A stretch of DNA of 64,000 nucleotides from Octopus vulgaris (Eukaryota): assembly GCA_951406725.2 (NCBI GenBank), contig OX597821.1, forward strand, positions 6,758,001 through 6,822,000, read 5' to 3'. Below, piece by piece: positions 28,978 through 42,049 of the stretch. A program made the translations under genes and the position numbers. The first letter of the stretch is position 1. Each line of letters starts with the position of its first letter. The notes under the pieces were generated by a model. It was not told the origin of the DNA. It was given only the letters and a program-made list of their open reading frames with translations, and ran no database searches.

Positions 28978-29251
28978 CATCGTTGCTTGCGTAAATCCCC
29001 ATATACCAGCGTTGATTCGGTCTCTTGTCATTCACATGCGTTAGAGATGGTTCCTCTGATGTTGACCCTTCCTGTCTAGATGCCCTCCCTGTGTTCGATC
29101 CACCATTCGACTCCTTTTGTCTCTTCTTCTTCTCTCGCCCAGCATCTTCTAGCATGGCCCTTTTCGGGTTCTTTGCTCGCTCTTCACGTTGGGCCCTGAT
29201 AGCTGCCAGGCGTTTCACTTTGGCCGGATTTGGTGGGCAAGGGAGCGTAAC
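28978..29251 (-). CDS. DTHD1: DTHD1-like coding exon 6 (VTLPCPP followed by a basic/charged insertion)
   Basis: ctcattgtctcag|GTT acceptor. Translates VTLPCPPNPAKVKRLAAIRAQREERAKNPKR...QRWYMGIYASND. The phase-1 donor that fits is the weak G|gttttc, so the 3' boundary is less certain. Confidence 0.75.
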
Positions 29252-29474
29252 CTGAGACAATGAGAAAAGAAAGTAGTAGTAGTATTAGTATTAGTAGTAG
29301 TGGTGGTGGTGGTGGTGGTGGTGGTGGTGGCAGTAGTAGTAGTGATAGTTGTAGACGTAGTAGTAGTGGATGTAGTAGTATAGTAGTAGTGGATGTAGTA
29401 GTAGTAGTGTTGGTTGTAGTATTAATGATGGTGGTAGTGTGGTGGTGGTGGTAGTAATAATAGTGGTGGTGTTG

Positions 29475-29528
<54 letters not shown>

Positions 29529-30328
29529 ACAGCAGCAGCAGCAGCAGCAACTGTGATGGAGTAGATAACGTCGTTGTACAACCCTGTTCAGCCATGATCG
29601 AGCTACAGTCGTAAGTACTCGCTATAACGACTGAAGTGCCACCCGATGCACACAACAAGCACCACAGGCTCCAATATGAAGTGGCTTATCATTTTGAATG
29701 CAATGTGGCAAAATATATTCTCCTCTGCCCATCCTGTTCCTGTCGAGAGTCGATAAAGAAAGAACCAGTCCAAAATGACGGATTGGGGGATTGTTTGAGT
29801 GTTGGATACGATGCGATGTGGTCTCCGTTTCAGACTTTTCTCATCTGCGATCACATTAGTGCCAGACTGGACCGAAATCATTGTTCGTTTGAATAAACTG
29901 AGCATTTTGGATGTTCTCCTCTGTACAATCTGCGCCTGTGTTTCAGTGTCTCTGCCGATGGCCACAATGGATGTTAGCAAATGGTCTTCTTAGATCGGTT
30001 CATCTACAATCTGTCACAGACGTTGTGTGCCGCGTTACTGGGTAGTGTTATTAAACACGACAGCCATTTCTCTTGCCGCCGCCACGGTCATCATTGCCAT
30101 TGCAGCAATTTCACCACAACCATGTCGTTTCTTCTGCACATTTACTCATCTTCGTGTGTGTATGTGTGTGTATGTTTGTATGTATGTATGCATGTGTGTA
30201 TGGGTATGTATATATATATATATATATACATATATATGTCTGTACGTATGCGTGTATGGATGCAACATACCTACTCATACGTATATTCATTATGCACAAA
30301 CATATATACGTATGTACGTGCTTATGTA

Positions 30329-31550
30329 TTGGGACTGGACAAAATAATGGAAACACCTAGCATAATTTTGTATCATAATTTTGAAATATCTATGAAACCG
30401 TCAAAAGCTTGTTTATTTTTCTTTTCTTTTTTTTATATTTATTATTACTGTTGCCTATTATGTTTTGCTAAAATTGCTGTTTCTTTTCAGATATCACCCG
30501 AAAAAGGTAATTAAAATTCATTACAATGACAGATCTACCAGACTTGTTGGTGCTCGTATGGCAAGCGCTAGCGTAATGAAAACAGCCAAAATGTTTGGTG
30601 TGTCAAGAAGTGCTGTCTCGAAAGTGATGGAAGCTTTTGAGAAAGAGAGAAAGCCTCCTCGTCGAAACAAAACTCCGGAAGAAAACCAAAACCTTCAGAT
30701 AGGGACTGTCGGACTCTTACGCAAATTGTTAGAAAGGATCACAAAAGTACAGCTCCCAACATTACTGCAGGGCTTAATGACCACTTTGAAAACCCAGTTT
30801 CCACAAAAATTGTTCGTCAGGAGCTGCACAAAGCCGGATTTCACGGGAGGGCTGCACTCAGAAAAAAAAACTACTTTCAAAATCAAACGTTGCACAGTGT
30901 TTAGTGAAGAGCAAAAACCTGCAGAATTGGTCCTTAGAGTCATCCTCTACCTCATTTCTGACAACCGACCGAATATATGAGTGGAGACAGCCAAAAGAAG
31001 CATTTGACCCAGACTGCCTTCTTCCAACTGTTTAACATGGAGGAGGATCTGTGATGATCCGTGGATCTTGGAAATCTGCCGGCCCAATGGTTTCTCTTCA
31101 TGGCAGAATCAATAGTCGACTATTAAAGCATTTTATCTGATCAAATTCATCCTATAGTTGTGGAACTGTTTCCGGAGGGAAACGCAATCTTTCAGGATGA
31201 TAATGAACCGATTTACATAGTTGTTACTGAATGGCACGAGGAACATTCTAGTGAAGTTGAACACCTTATCTGGCCACCACAGTCCCCAGATCTCAATATT
31301 ATTGAAGATTTATGGTGCATTTTAGAAAAACAAGTAAGGAGTCGATATCCTCCACCATCATCACTACAAGAATTGGAGACGGTTTTAGCTGAAGAAAGGA
31401 CAAAAATTCCCTTGGGAACAATTCAAACTTTGTACGAGTCCATACTTCGTAGGCTTAAAGCTGTAATTACTGCCAAAGGCGGTCCTACCCCATATTAAAA
31501 TAAATTTGTTTGAAATTTTAAGGTGTTTCCATTATTTTGTCCAACCTCTG
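30329..31550 (+). mobile_element. Tc1-family (DD34E) transposon with frameshifted transposase
   Basis: TIRs ggacaaaataatggaaacacct / aggtgtttccattattttgtcc with TA flanks. Fragments: AKMFGVSRSAVSKV (HTH), GGGSVMI-like, FQDDN, WPPQSPDLNIIEDLW, AVITAKGGPTPY. Confidence 0.9.
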
Positions 31551-32420
31551 TATATACGTGTGTAAATGCATACATGCATAATGCTTACATACACATACGT
31601 ATGTATGTACGCGTGAATGTGCTTGCGTATGTAGGTCTTTATGTGTTTGTATCTGTGTATGTATGTAAGTGTGAACGGAATGTATACGTATGTATCTGTA
31701 GTGTGGTCTTGAAGGAAGGCTTGTTATCAGTTTATAGACACCATTTATTGCTACATTAATACAAGAAGAGCAAATTTTATATGAAACGACGTATATTACA
31801 GGAGCAGGGAATCACATTTATGCTGGTTACACACATCAATATATATTCTTGTTGCCGTGTTGTTGCGGTACGTTTCTTCATCAGGTTGAATATGTGGCTG
31901 TAAGAATAGCTACGACTCGAGAGCGAACTCCGCCAAGGACCGAATTCATTCTGTTCTTTTCGCGCTAAAATGAACTGGATTTTTGAAGGGGCTCTTTTAA
32001 CTGAAAGTCCTAGTCATGCCGCCAGGCAATCACGTGTTTGCTCACATGATCAACTCGTGATGTCCATGCGGCCAAACCTGGAGTTGGATCCAACTGTTAT
32101 ATCAGCCTCTTTCCAATCGAGTTGGGAAGAAAAAAGGTAATGGAAAATGAACAATAAAGAAAAGAAAAAATAAATGAACAGCAGAAAAACACGAATGCAA
32201 AACGTACAATTAACCAATGCAAAAGAAAAAAAATCTGTCAATGGAAGTAAAAAGCTCAGAGCAGAGTCTTTGCTGGAATTAAGATTCCTTTTATGTTATT
32301 GCAGATGTTTGTCTTTTTTTTTTTCATTTGTTTATGTATTGTTTTTATGTCTGTGCATTTATGTAACCACGGATGATTGGACATGGAAATCAAAACAGAC
32401 ACAAAGACAAATTGACTTAC

Positions 32421-32549
32421 CAAAATAGGTTTGTGAAACTCAGTGCTTTCCCATTCTGTTAATATAATTGGACTGCAAGATAGCAGCCCTTTGAATGAGT
32501 TCTTGTGTGAACGAAGTTCTGCAAGCGAAGCGCTGTCCACTGGCTGGGC
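32421..32549 (-). CDS. DTHD1: DTHD1-like coding exon 5
   Basis: ttcttctcag|GCC...TTG|gtaagt, phase 0-0. Translates AQPVDSASLAELRSHKNSFKGLLSCSPIILTEWESTEFHKPIL (QPVD...SP...FxKP ZU5 motifs). Confidence 0.9.
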
Positions 32550-32927
32550 CTGAGAAGAAGAAAAAGGATTCACAAACCTTTTTTTATTTGAGCTGTTGTA
32601 TAATTGAATACTGGAATTTTCAAAAAAAAAAAATACAAACAATGATAAAAAAATGTGGACACAGGAGAACGACAAAGAATTATACGGTAAAAACAGATAG
32701 AAAAATATACGATTAATGCGGATGACCCCTCTGTCCGGCTTTCGCCATGATAGATCGCTAGTCACTACACATTCTTTATTTTTTCTCCTTGTTTCTTTCT
32801 GTGTTCCTTTCTGTAGAAGAGCGTAGGCTCGAAACGTAAAAGACTTTTTCACTTCACGTGCGTTAAACTAATACGCCTGTTTGTTGTGTACACCGCCTGC
32901 TTTCGTCTTTTTTTGGGAATTCTCCCC

Positions 32928-32983
<56 letters not shown>

Positions 32984-32998
32984 TATATATATATATAT

Positions 32999-33035
<37 letters not shown>

Positions 33036-33708
33036 TCCATCAGTTTCAACTACGAGGTTCCCAGCTGATACAATATAACAGTGAAATTAATGTGCAAGTG
33101 ACTGAGCACTCCACAGACACGTGTACCCTTAACGTGGTTCTCAGGGAGATTCAGCATGACAGAGTGTGACAAGGCTGGCCCTTTAAATTACAGGTACTAC
33201 TCATTTTTGCCAGCTGAATGGACTGAAGCAATGTGAAATAAAGTGTCTTGCTCAAGGACACAACGCGTCGCCGGGAATCGAACTCACAACCTTACGATCA
33301 TGAGCCGAATGCCCTAACCACTACACACACTCTATATACATACACACACACACACACACATATAAATATATGCATGTATGTATTGAATGGCAATCTTTAT
33401 ATCCTATTTAATGTGGATGCATTGTTAGAACGCTGGAAACTGCTGTATTCGTGCTGAGAAAACCTGAAACCACAAGATTTGGAAGTTTCAGTAGCCATAC
33501 CAAACGGTTCCAGTTGGCTAATAATATATGTGTGCTCTTAGCACGGTGCATCTGCGTGAGACGTTTTTTTTTGACCAATACCGAAGTATTCGGCGTTCTA
33601 ACAAAACATCTACATTGATTAGGATATAAAAATTGCCATTCGTTATCAATACTCTTCCGTTGCTAACACACACACTCATACACACACACACACACACTCA
33701 TACACACT

Positions 33709-33785
<77 letters not shown>

Positions 33786-34659
33786 AATGGTTTACTGTAG
33801 TTGAAAATACTTCATAAACTGTTACTCAGAGTTTCACGCAACCGATTATCAGACAGATGGTCAGTTACGTAGAAAAACCAGAAAAATACTAGTTGACAAT
33901 GCTATAATTTTATATAGGATTTTACTAAAACAGACAGAAGAGTAAATATGGAATGTTTTCGAAAAGCAAAACACAAACTTATATTAAACGCAAGTAAATG
34001 TATCACAAGTAAAAAAAAGACAAAAAAACATATCGTGATATGAAATCTATCTGAACTTAATTTTCAATCTTGCATTGATGATCTTATCAATTATAAAATT
34101 ATTTCCATGACTCTTAGCTACTTACTGCAGGACGCACGGTTAATAAGCTATTAAGAACAGCTTATTTTGAAAATTAGAGTGTGAAGTCTCGATAAGTTAA
34201 ACTATTGGAGTATGTATGTGTGTGTGTATGTATGTATGTATGTATGTATGTATGTATGTATGTATGTATGTATGTATGTATGTATGTATGTTTGAATGTA
34301 CACTAGAAGTTCGCAAATACGTATTGAAATTTGTAAAGCATCCACTTCAGAATAATGACTATAATTGTAATTGTAATTTGTGTATTGCGTAATTCTCCTT
34401 CTAGTTTTTGAGCAAAAATGTTTTCCTCAGATCCCGGTTGACCGGCTGCCGATATGCAACTTTAGTTAAATAGGTTATGCCTTCTAACTTCAACGGGCAG
34501 AATTTTGATGTCCCCTGGTGTAGTGGTTAGCATATATATATATATATACATACATAAACATATACATACATGTATATGTATATGTATGTATATATATATA
34601 TATATATGTATGTGTATATATGTATGTATGTATATATATGGATATATGTGAATATGTGG

Positions 34660-34696
<37 letters not shown>

Positions 34697-35190
34697 GATG
34701 TACAAGTGAGAGTCTCCTTACTTACCTAAAACTCTATTCTTCTATTTACTCTTTTATTCTTTTATTTATTCTTTTATCTACTTTACCACCGATTCCTTTG
34801 ACCACTCCCCTAATATGATAGTTTTGCGCCATGCCTACCCCCCAAAAAGTCCCCCACCACCACCCATTTAAACCTGCCTAAATATATATATAAAACAACT
34901 CTTGTCTATATTCCTGATGATTTCTTTTGAATAAACAGTTCTAGTCCTGTAGAAGCTCCTTCTATATAATAAATATATATATGGAGGGGGTAGTAGCGTA
35001 TATTCTATTACCGGAGTAAATAGTTTTTAATTGGTTAAGAAAAAACAAAGAGCCGAAAGTAAGTCATTTTTCAGAGCTTCCAAAGCAAAGGATTGGCATA
35101 ACTATAGAATGAACACATCAGCAGATATGATTGTAATATAAACATTAAAAGCAATGAACGGTGGTATGGATACTGTTAAAACGTTCTTAC

Positions 35191-35373
35191 CGAAAGAAGC
35201 AAGTGTTCATTCTGTGAAAAAGAGTTTCTTTCTGTAGAGAATGAAATCCTTTGGTCATAGGACGACACAACTTTTGCTGGCATTGTAGTGAAAGTGATGT
35301 AGTCTCGTTTCAATCTAGTTACAACAGCATACTGGGCAGGAGCCTTCAGCAAAGTTTGAGCAAATTTTATGTC
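35191..35373 (-). CDS. DTHD1: DTHD1-like coding exon 4 (into second ZU5-like region)
   Basis: acag|GAC...TCG|gtaag, phase 0-0. Translates DIKFAQTLLKAPAQYAVVTRLKRDYITFTTMPAKVVSSYDQRISFSTERNSFSQNEHLLLS, resembling the SSxDxRIS segment of DTHD1. Confidence 0.85.
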
Positions 35374-35669
35374 CTGTCGTGTAGAAGATATATGTTAATG
35401 TAATGTCATTACCGGTTCGAATATGTCGGTGGGAAGTTCGAACTCGTGCACAAGCCATTCACCGTGTTTTGTCATGGAGAAAATTTCTCGCTGTAGATAA
35501 ATGGTGTAAATACACTTAAATCACCACGCAGTGCCATTGGAGTATTAAACGTGGAATGATGGTCGGACGACTGATGGGCAGACGAACAGACAGACAAATA
35601 TGTGTATGTTTGTGTGTATGTGTGTGTATGTGTGTGCGTATTCATACCTATGCACGTGTATCTATTTAC

Positions 35670-36258
35670 GTACATACATACATCCATACATATATACATA
35701 TATACATACATACATACATACATACATACATACACACATACATACATACATACATACATACATACATACATACATACATACATACATACATACATACATA
35801 CATACATACATACATACATCCATACATACATACATACATACATACATACATACATACATACATACATACATACATACATACATACATACATACATACATA
35901 CATACATACATACATACATACATACACACATACATACATACATACACACATACATACATACATACATACATACATACATACATACATACATACACATACA
36001 TACATACATACATACATACATACATACATACATACATACATACATACATACATACATACATACATACATACATACATACATACATACATACATACATACA
36101 TACATACATACATACATACATACATACATACATACATACATACATACACATATACATACATACATACATACATACATACAAACATACATACAAACATACA
36201 TACATACATACATACATACATACATACATACATACATACATACATACATACATACATA
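35670..36258. repeat. (TACA)n microsatellite, representative of dozens of TA/CA/TACA/TATC tracts
   Basis: Seen directly. Similar complex tracts at 12975-14290, 14835-15485, 20810-21510, 24093-24330, 44040-44280, 47940-48320 and 57700-58400. Confidence 0.97.
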
Positions 36259-37112
36259 CCAGGGACGTGCTGCCTAAATAGGCAAGGTAGGCAGTTCCTA
36301 CTTTGAATAAAATAGATCGATAGCAACATTTTCCTTTTATAGCAAAATATGAACCAATTTCAATAAAATTATGAAAGTTACTCTGATTACTATGCATAAA
36401 ATGCAAAGTATTTTATTTTGTTGTATTTAGGTAGGCATAATTCGCCCCTGCTTCTCAATCTCAGTATTTAAGCTACGAATAGAACTGCTGCAGTACACAT
36501 GCTGCGTACACTCCAACAGCACCGTTTTCTTTACGTGCTATAAAGGCAAAAATAAATCTGTCTTCAACTCAGTAGCGCGTCTGAGTTTCGCTTATTTTTT
36601 GTGCTTTACTGCATAAATGTCACCAACTGCCTACCCTGAGTAATTACTGACGGCACGTGCCTGATACATACGTATCCATCTATTTTTCCATTCATCAATT
36701 TGTACATGCAAACATAATACCTACGGATGTATGTATCTATGCACACTCAGAGAAGAATTTTATTTAGCTTGAAATATCTCTTGTTTCTTCCGTCTACAAA
36801 GGAGAAAAAATCTCATTTGTAACTGCGTATTAGTTACCTTTGAACGTTTTAGCATACCCCTACAGAGACATCTAATTAAAACAGTAATTATTGCTGACAT
36901 GCAACACTTGATTAAGAACTGTAACATGACATTACGACTGATAATACGATTACTGTCTTTGCTAATAATTTCAATTCTGTACAAATAGCCTTATTGAACC
37001 TTCAAGGATCAGAAGACTTCGTTTACCGACTGAATGAAATTTGAGATTTCAATAAAAGGGATAATCTCATATTTATGTCGTAAATGTTTTTCACTGCTAT
37101 ATGTATTACCAA

Positions 37113-37174
<62 letters not shown>

Positions 37175-38265
37175 CTTCTCACTAACATACAACGTGTGGT
37201 AAGTAGCTTGCTTACCAACCACATGGCTCCGGGTTCAGTCCCACTGCGTGGCACCTTGGGCAAGTCTCTTCTACTATAGCTTCGGGCCGACCAAAGACTT
37301 GTGAGTGGATTTGGTAGCCGGAAATTGAAAGAAGCCCGTTGTATATATGTATATATATATATATATATGTATGTATGTGTGTGTGTGTGTGTGTGTGTTT
37401 GTGTGTGTGTTTGTATGTCTGTGTTTGTCCCCCCAACATCGCTTGACAACCGATGCCGGTGTGTTTACGTCCCCGTAACTTATCTGTTCGGCAAAAGAGT
37501 CAGATAGAATACTAGGCTTACAAAGAATAAGTCCTGGGTTGATTTGCTCGACTAAAGGCGGTGCTCCACATGGCCACACTCAAATGACTGTAACAAATAA
37601 AAGAATAAAAGAATATATATATATCGGCCTTCTGTTGTTATTTCTTTCATACCTGCTCTCCCTCAGCAACGGGGTCATATTGATCTACCTGCCCTTGTCA
37701 ACAATCTCATAATTGGTCATATTCTCAGAAAGCAGTTTAACCAAATAAACACACAGGTTCTTAAGGCGCAAACACAAAAGCGATTAAAAAAACATAAAAC
37801 TATCGGTATTACGTTCAAGTACAGTCATGATTCGGCAATGTATGGACGCATGTAATATATGTGTACACCCCCCACATACACACACGTGTATATACATACA
37901 TATATATATATATATATACACATAAGAAAGCGTGTTTTTGTTCTTCAGGATGAATAACCGCTGAGAAGAAAAGAACAGTAAAAACAATTCTGTGCTAGTT
38001 TATGTCGAAATAGAAGCGGACACCTTGAGAAATATCCAATTTACGTACATACATACATACATACACACATACATACATACATACGTACATACATACATAC
38101 ATACATACATACATCCATACATACATACATACATACACACATACATACATACATACATCCATACATACATACATAAATACATACATACATACATACGTGT
38201 ACGTGAGTATATATGTGTTATATATATATAATACATATATAAATTATACGTATATATATATATGT

Positions 38266-38311
<46 letters not shown>

Positions 38312-39596
38312 ATTATATATGTAATGTGCAGGTTTAGGTCTAATATTATGTATATATAATTATGTGTGTATGTGTGTGCGTAATACATATATTATTACAC
38401 CTTAAAGGTGCACATTAAAATGGGAGGTGTAACATTACTTTTTCCACATTCATAAGTTTGTGTGTGTGTGTGTGTGTGCATGCAAATGCATGCATTATGC
38501 AGGCATGGACGTACGTATGTATGTATGCATGTATGTATGTATGTATATATATGTATGTAGTAAGTGTCTGTTGGCGGTTTTTAAAAATCTTATTATGGCA
38601 CGTGCAGCAGCTACTAAACCAAAACTGCACCAAACTACCAACCTCTCATCTACTAAAATCTCCTCGTGAGTTCACTCACAATAATCTACCAGACGTTAGA
38701 TGCATGAGAGATTAGTGGTGTCGAAGGAATCGATTAGTTAATTCTTTGAATTCTTCTCCACTTATAAGTTGAAAAGCAATATGACCATTTCTCGTTTTAG
38801 GCAACAGGCGTTAAAATGCCCCGAAGCCAAGATGCTTGAAATGCATTCACCACTCCGCCAGAAGTCATCACGAAATGACTGCTGGTGTTTTTAACACCTA
38901 TTGCTTAAAGCGTGATTTTTTTCTCAACGGCAAACACCAGTGAATACGGCCTTTCAACAAATCAAATATGTCCCAAACATATTTGACTTCATCTAAATAT
39001 TTGTTTGCTCGCAACACTCCTTTCACGTGCCTGTTTCAATGTTTCGGTTGACGTTAGGAATTTGGTATTTTGCTAGTTCAGCTTAATTTCTTATATAAAT
39101 GTATGGGGTTTGCATTACTTTATCTTTTATCTTTTACTTGTTTCAGTCATGGGACTGCAGCCATGCTGGAGCACTGACTTGAAGAATTTAATCGAACAAA
39201 TTTAAATCTGACATTTATTTTATTGGTTTCTTTTTGCCGAACCGCTTATTTACGAAGCCGCAAACCAACCAACACCGGTAGGTAGGATAGACACAAAGGC
39301 AAATACATAAACGCATGATATACGACGGACTTCTGCACAGTTTCCTTTAATCAATTTCACTCACAAGGCATTAATTAGCACAAGGCTATAGCAGAGGTTA
39401 CTATCTCAGGGTACTGCATTGTGGATCCGAACTCCGAACCAAGTGATTGCAAAGTGAGCTTCTTAACCACATAGCAATGTCTGATCACACACACACACAC
39501 ATGCATATGTATGAATATATGTATATGTGTATATGTGTATGTGTGTGATTGTGTGCGTGTGAGTATTTGTGTATGATTGTGTGTTTGTGTTTGTGC

Positions 39597-39665
<69 letters not shown>

Positions 39666-39803
39666 CTTAGTGTATTCAGTACAGCACACTTAAATATTGA
39701 CAAAATGTAATCTATGTAAATAGTAACATAGAATATAATTTAAATTTCGAAAAAGAATCCCCCTTTCAAAGAAACGAACACACGCACACGCACGCACGCA
39801 CGC

Positions 39804-39844
<41 letters not shown>

Positions 39845-40133
39845 CAGACTCACGTGCATAAATTAGAAGCGCCAAGCAGTGGTGATTACAAATATAAATT
39901 TGCCACCAGTTCAAATATGCTTGAGAGATATTCGAATCCGTAAGAAAGCCATTTACTGCATTTTATCGCGGAGAAAAATTCTCGTTGTAGACAAAAATGT
40001 GTAAACACTCCAAATCAGCCCGGAGCGCCCTCTACCCGGGTAGATAGATGCATATATTTCGGAGCTGTTATCCCCTCGTCAGCATCGGATGCTGAAGTTT
40101 TAAAGGATCGTAAAACTGCACCACTAGTCATTT

Positions 40134-40169
<36 letters not shown>

Positions 40170-40244
40170 GCACACAAACACACACACACACACACTGACA
40201 CACACACACACACATATATGCATAAATTTATGGTAACTATTTAC

Positions 40245-40379
40245 CTTATGTGAATCCACGATCACTTCTGTGGTTGGCACCTCGCACCAACAAGCGCCTT
40301 TTTTCATTTTTATAAAAACTTCCCGTGTGATGGCGCTGGGTCTTGAAGTGAAATGTGGTATTGCAATGAATAAAAGTTC
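40245..40379 (-). CDS. DTHD1: DTHD1-like coding exon 3
   Basis: tttcctag|GAA...AAG|gtaaat, phase 0-0. Translates ELLFIAIPHFTSRPSAITREVFIKMKKGACWCEVPTTEVIVDSHK (ZU5-type IAIP motif). Confidence 0.85.
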
Positions 40380-40686
40380 CTAGGAAATGGAAACATAGTG
40401 TTAAATTGAATAATGTTGCAAAAGTAACAATATATATCTTTGTTTTATGCGATTTTGTCCCGAACAAGGCTTGAAGCCACTTTGGTATAAGGGACAATAT
40501 AGAAGGAAAATAAGGGATCTACACATTCAAAATATGTCAATTGAGAGAAAGCTTAAAAGACTGGATATCATAGTCCAGAGGAAAGCAAGACGATGGTAAT
40601 GAGTTCTAGAGTACAGGAGTTTAAGGAAAGAAACTATATGAATAAAAGGCCTTATGACGAACGGGAAGCTGTTTGTGTGTGTGAGT

Positions 40687-40759
<73 letters not shown>

Positions 40760-41853
40760 GAGCGCACGTGTGGGATGTGTGCTGTATACATATCTAGGAA
40801 TAATATATCTGATGATGATAGATCAAGTTGATTGAAATGCAGTGAAAAATATTTTGATTCTAAAAATTAGTCTGAACAATTACAATCTTAATAATAAAAA
40901 CTTATTTCAGAAACTTAGACAATTATATATACAGGAATACAGATTAGGCTGTTAAATTGATTGGAAAATATATATGGCAGAATAAATCTCCCGGAGAAAG
41001 CATGTATAGTATTGTATGTAACACAATATATTTCATAATATCAGTAGCTTTTTATTTAAGCAGTCTTCTTTACAACTCGATTCATTATATAACATTAATA
41101 TATATTAAACCATTCATGTATACAAACTATTACGTAGCATTAACAGCTTATATTAAAGTAATCTTCTAAACAACACTATTGCATACCATTAACATCTTTC
41201 TGTTAAAGTGGTTTTGTATATAATACTTTAATACTTCTTTAACAGCATAAGATCAAAGTAGGTTTGTGTACAACACTATTACATAGCATTAACAGACTTC
41301 TATTAAAGTCGTTTAGTATACAAGACTATTATAAAACATTAAAGTCTTCAGTTATCTTCTTAGAATATTTTTGTGTAAGACTAACTACCGTCCATTAATT
41401 TAGTATTTAAAATCAACAATAAGAAAAATAAACCTAACAAAAACAGTGCAAATAATGATAAAGAATTTTCAAACTGAATTACTGTCTCACAAGAATTCTC
41501 AAACTTATTCCTGGAATTCTGGAATTTCTTCTCTTCCCGGTGGATAGAAGAATTTCTCCCGGTTAAGAATCAAAGCAACGGGTGTCGAGAGAAAGAGGAA
41601 GTATCGCAATATGGTTGCATCCACTGCCAGAAGTAACAGCTACTTTTCTTCAAATCACACGATATCACTTAAAAAAAACAACAACAGCCAAAAACAAAAA
41701 GGAAGGATCACCTTAGCTAATGTAGTCTTAATAGTATTGTATCATAAAACAGGTGGATCAGGGTCCAGTTTGATTTTCATTGACTTGGGACTTGAGAACA
41801 AGAACAAGAGAAAACAATGAGATATGACAATAGCCAGGAGTGTTTTTACTTAC

Positions 41854-42049
41854 ATTAGAATATACAAAAGCGTCTGATGGGGTTATTTGTATGATGAAAC
41901 TGACAAGTTCCTCCTGGCGTTCGTATTTAAATGTATTCTGTAGTTGTTTGACAACGTCACACTGTAGGCTGTTGGGATTGAAGTTGTTTGACTGAGCACG
42001 GATAACACATCCAACACTGAATTCATATATCGCTGGATTGATTTTGTAT
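41854..42049 (-). CDS. DTHD1: DTHD1-like coding exon 2 (start of first ZU5-like region)
   Basis: tttag|A...AAT|gtaagt. Translates YKINPAIYEFSVGCVIRAQSNNFNPNSLQCDVVKQLQNTFKYERQEELVSFIIQITPSDAFVYSN, with the EELVS motif as recalled for DTHD1/ZU5. Confidence 0.85.

Noticed and set aside
35412-35570. Possible extra DTHD1 exon (REIFSMTKHGEWLVHEFELPTDIFEP)
   Set aside because: It would need an intron of only about 39 nt, the longer version has stops in all frames, and exon 40379-40245 already supplies the expected segment.
37922-37960. Minus-strand micro-exon after a good pyrimidine tract
   Set aside because: Weak donor, no similarity to DTHD1, and not required for the reading frame.
40350-40360. 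PHFT as a PIDD-like HFS autoproteolysis site
   Set aside because: It aligns with the ordinary ZU5 IPH/IPF strand, not with the domain-end HFS position.
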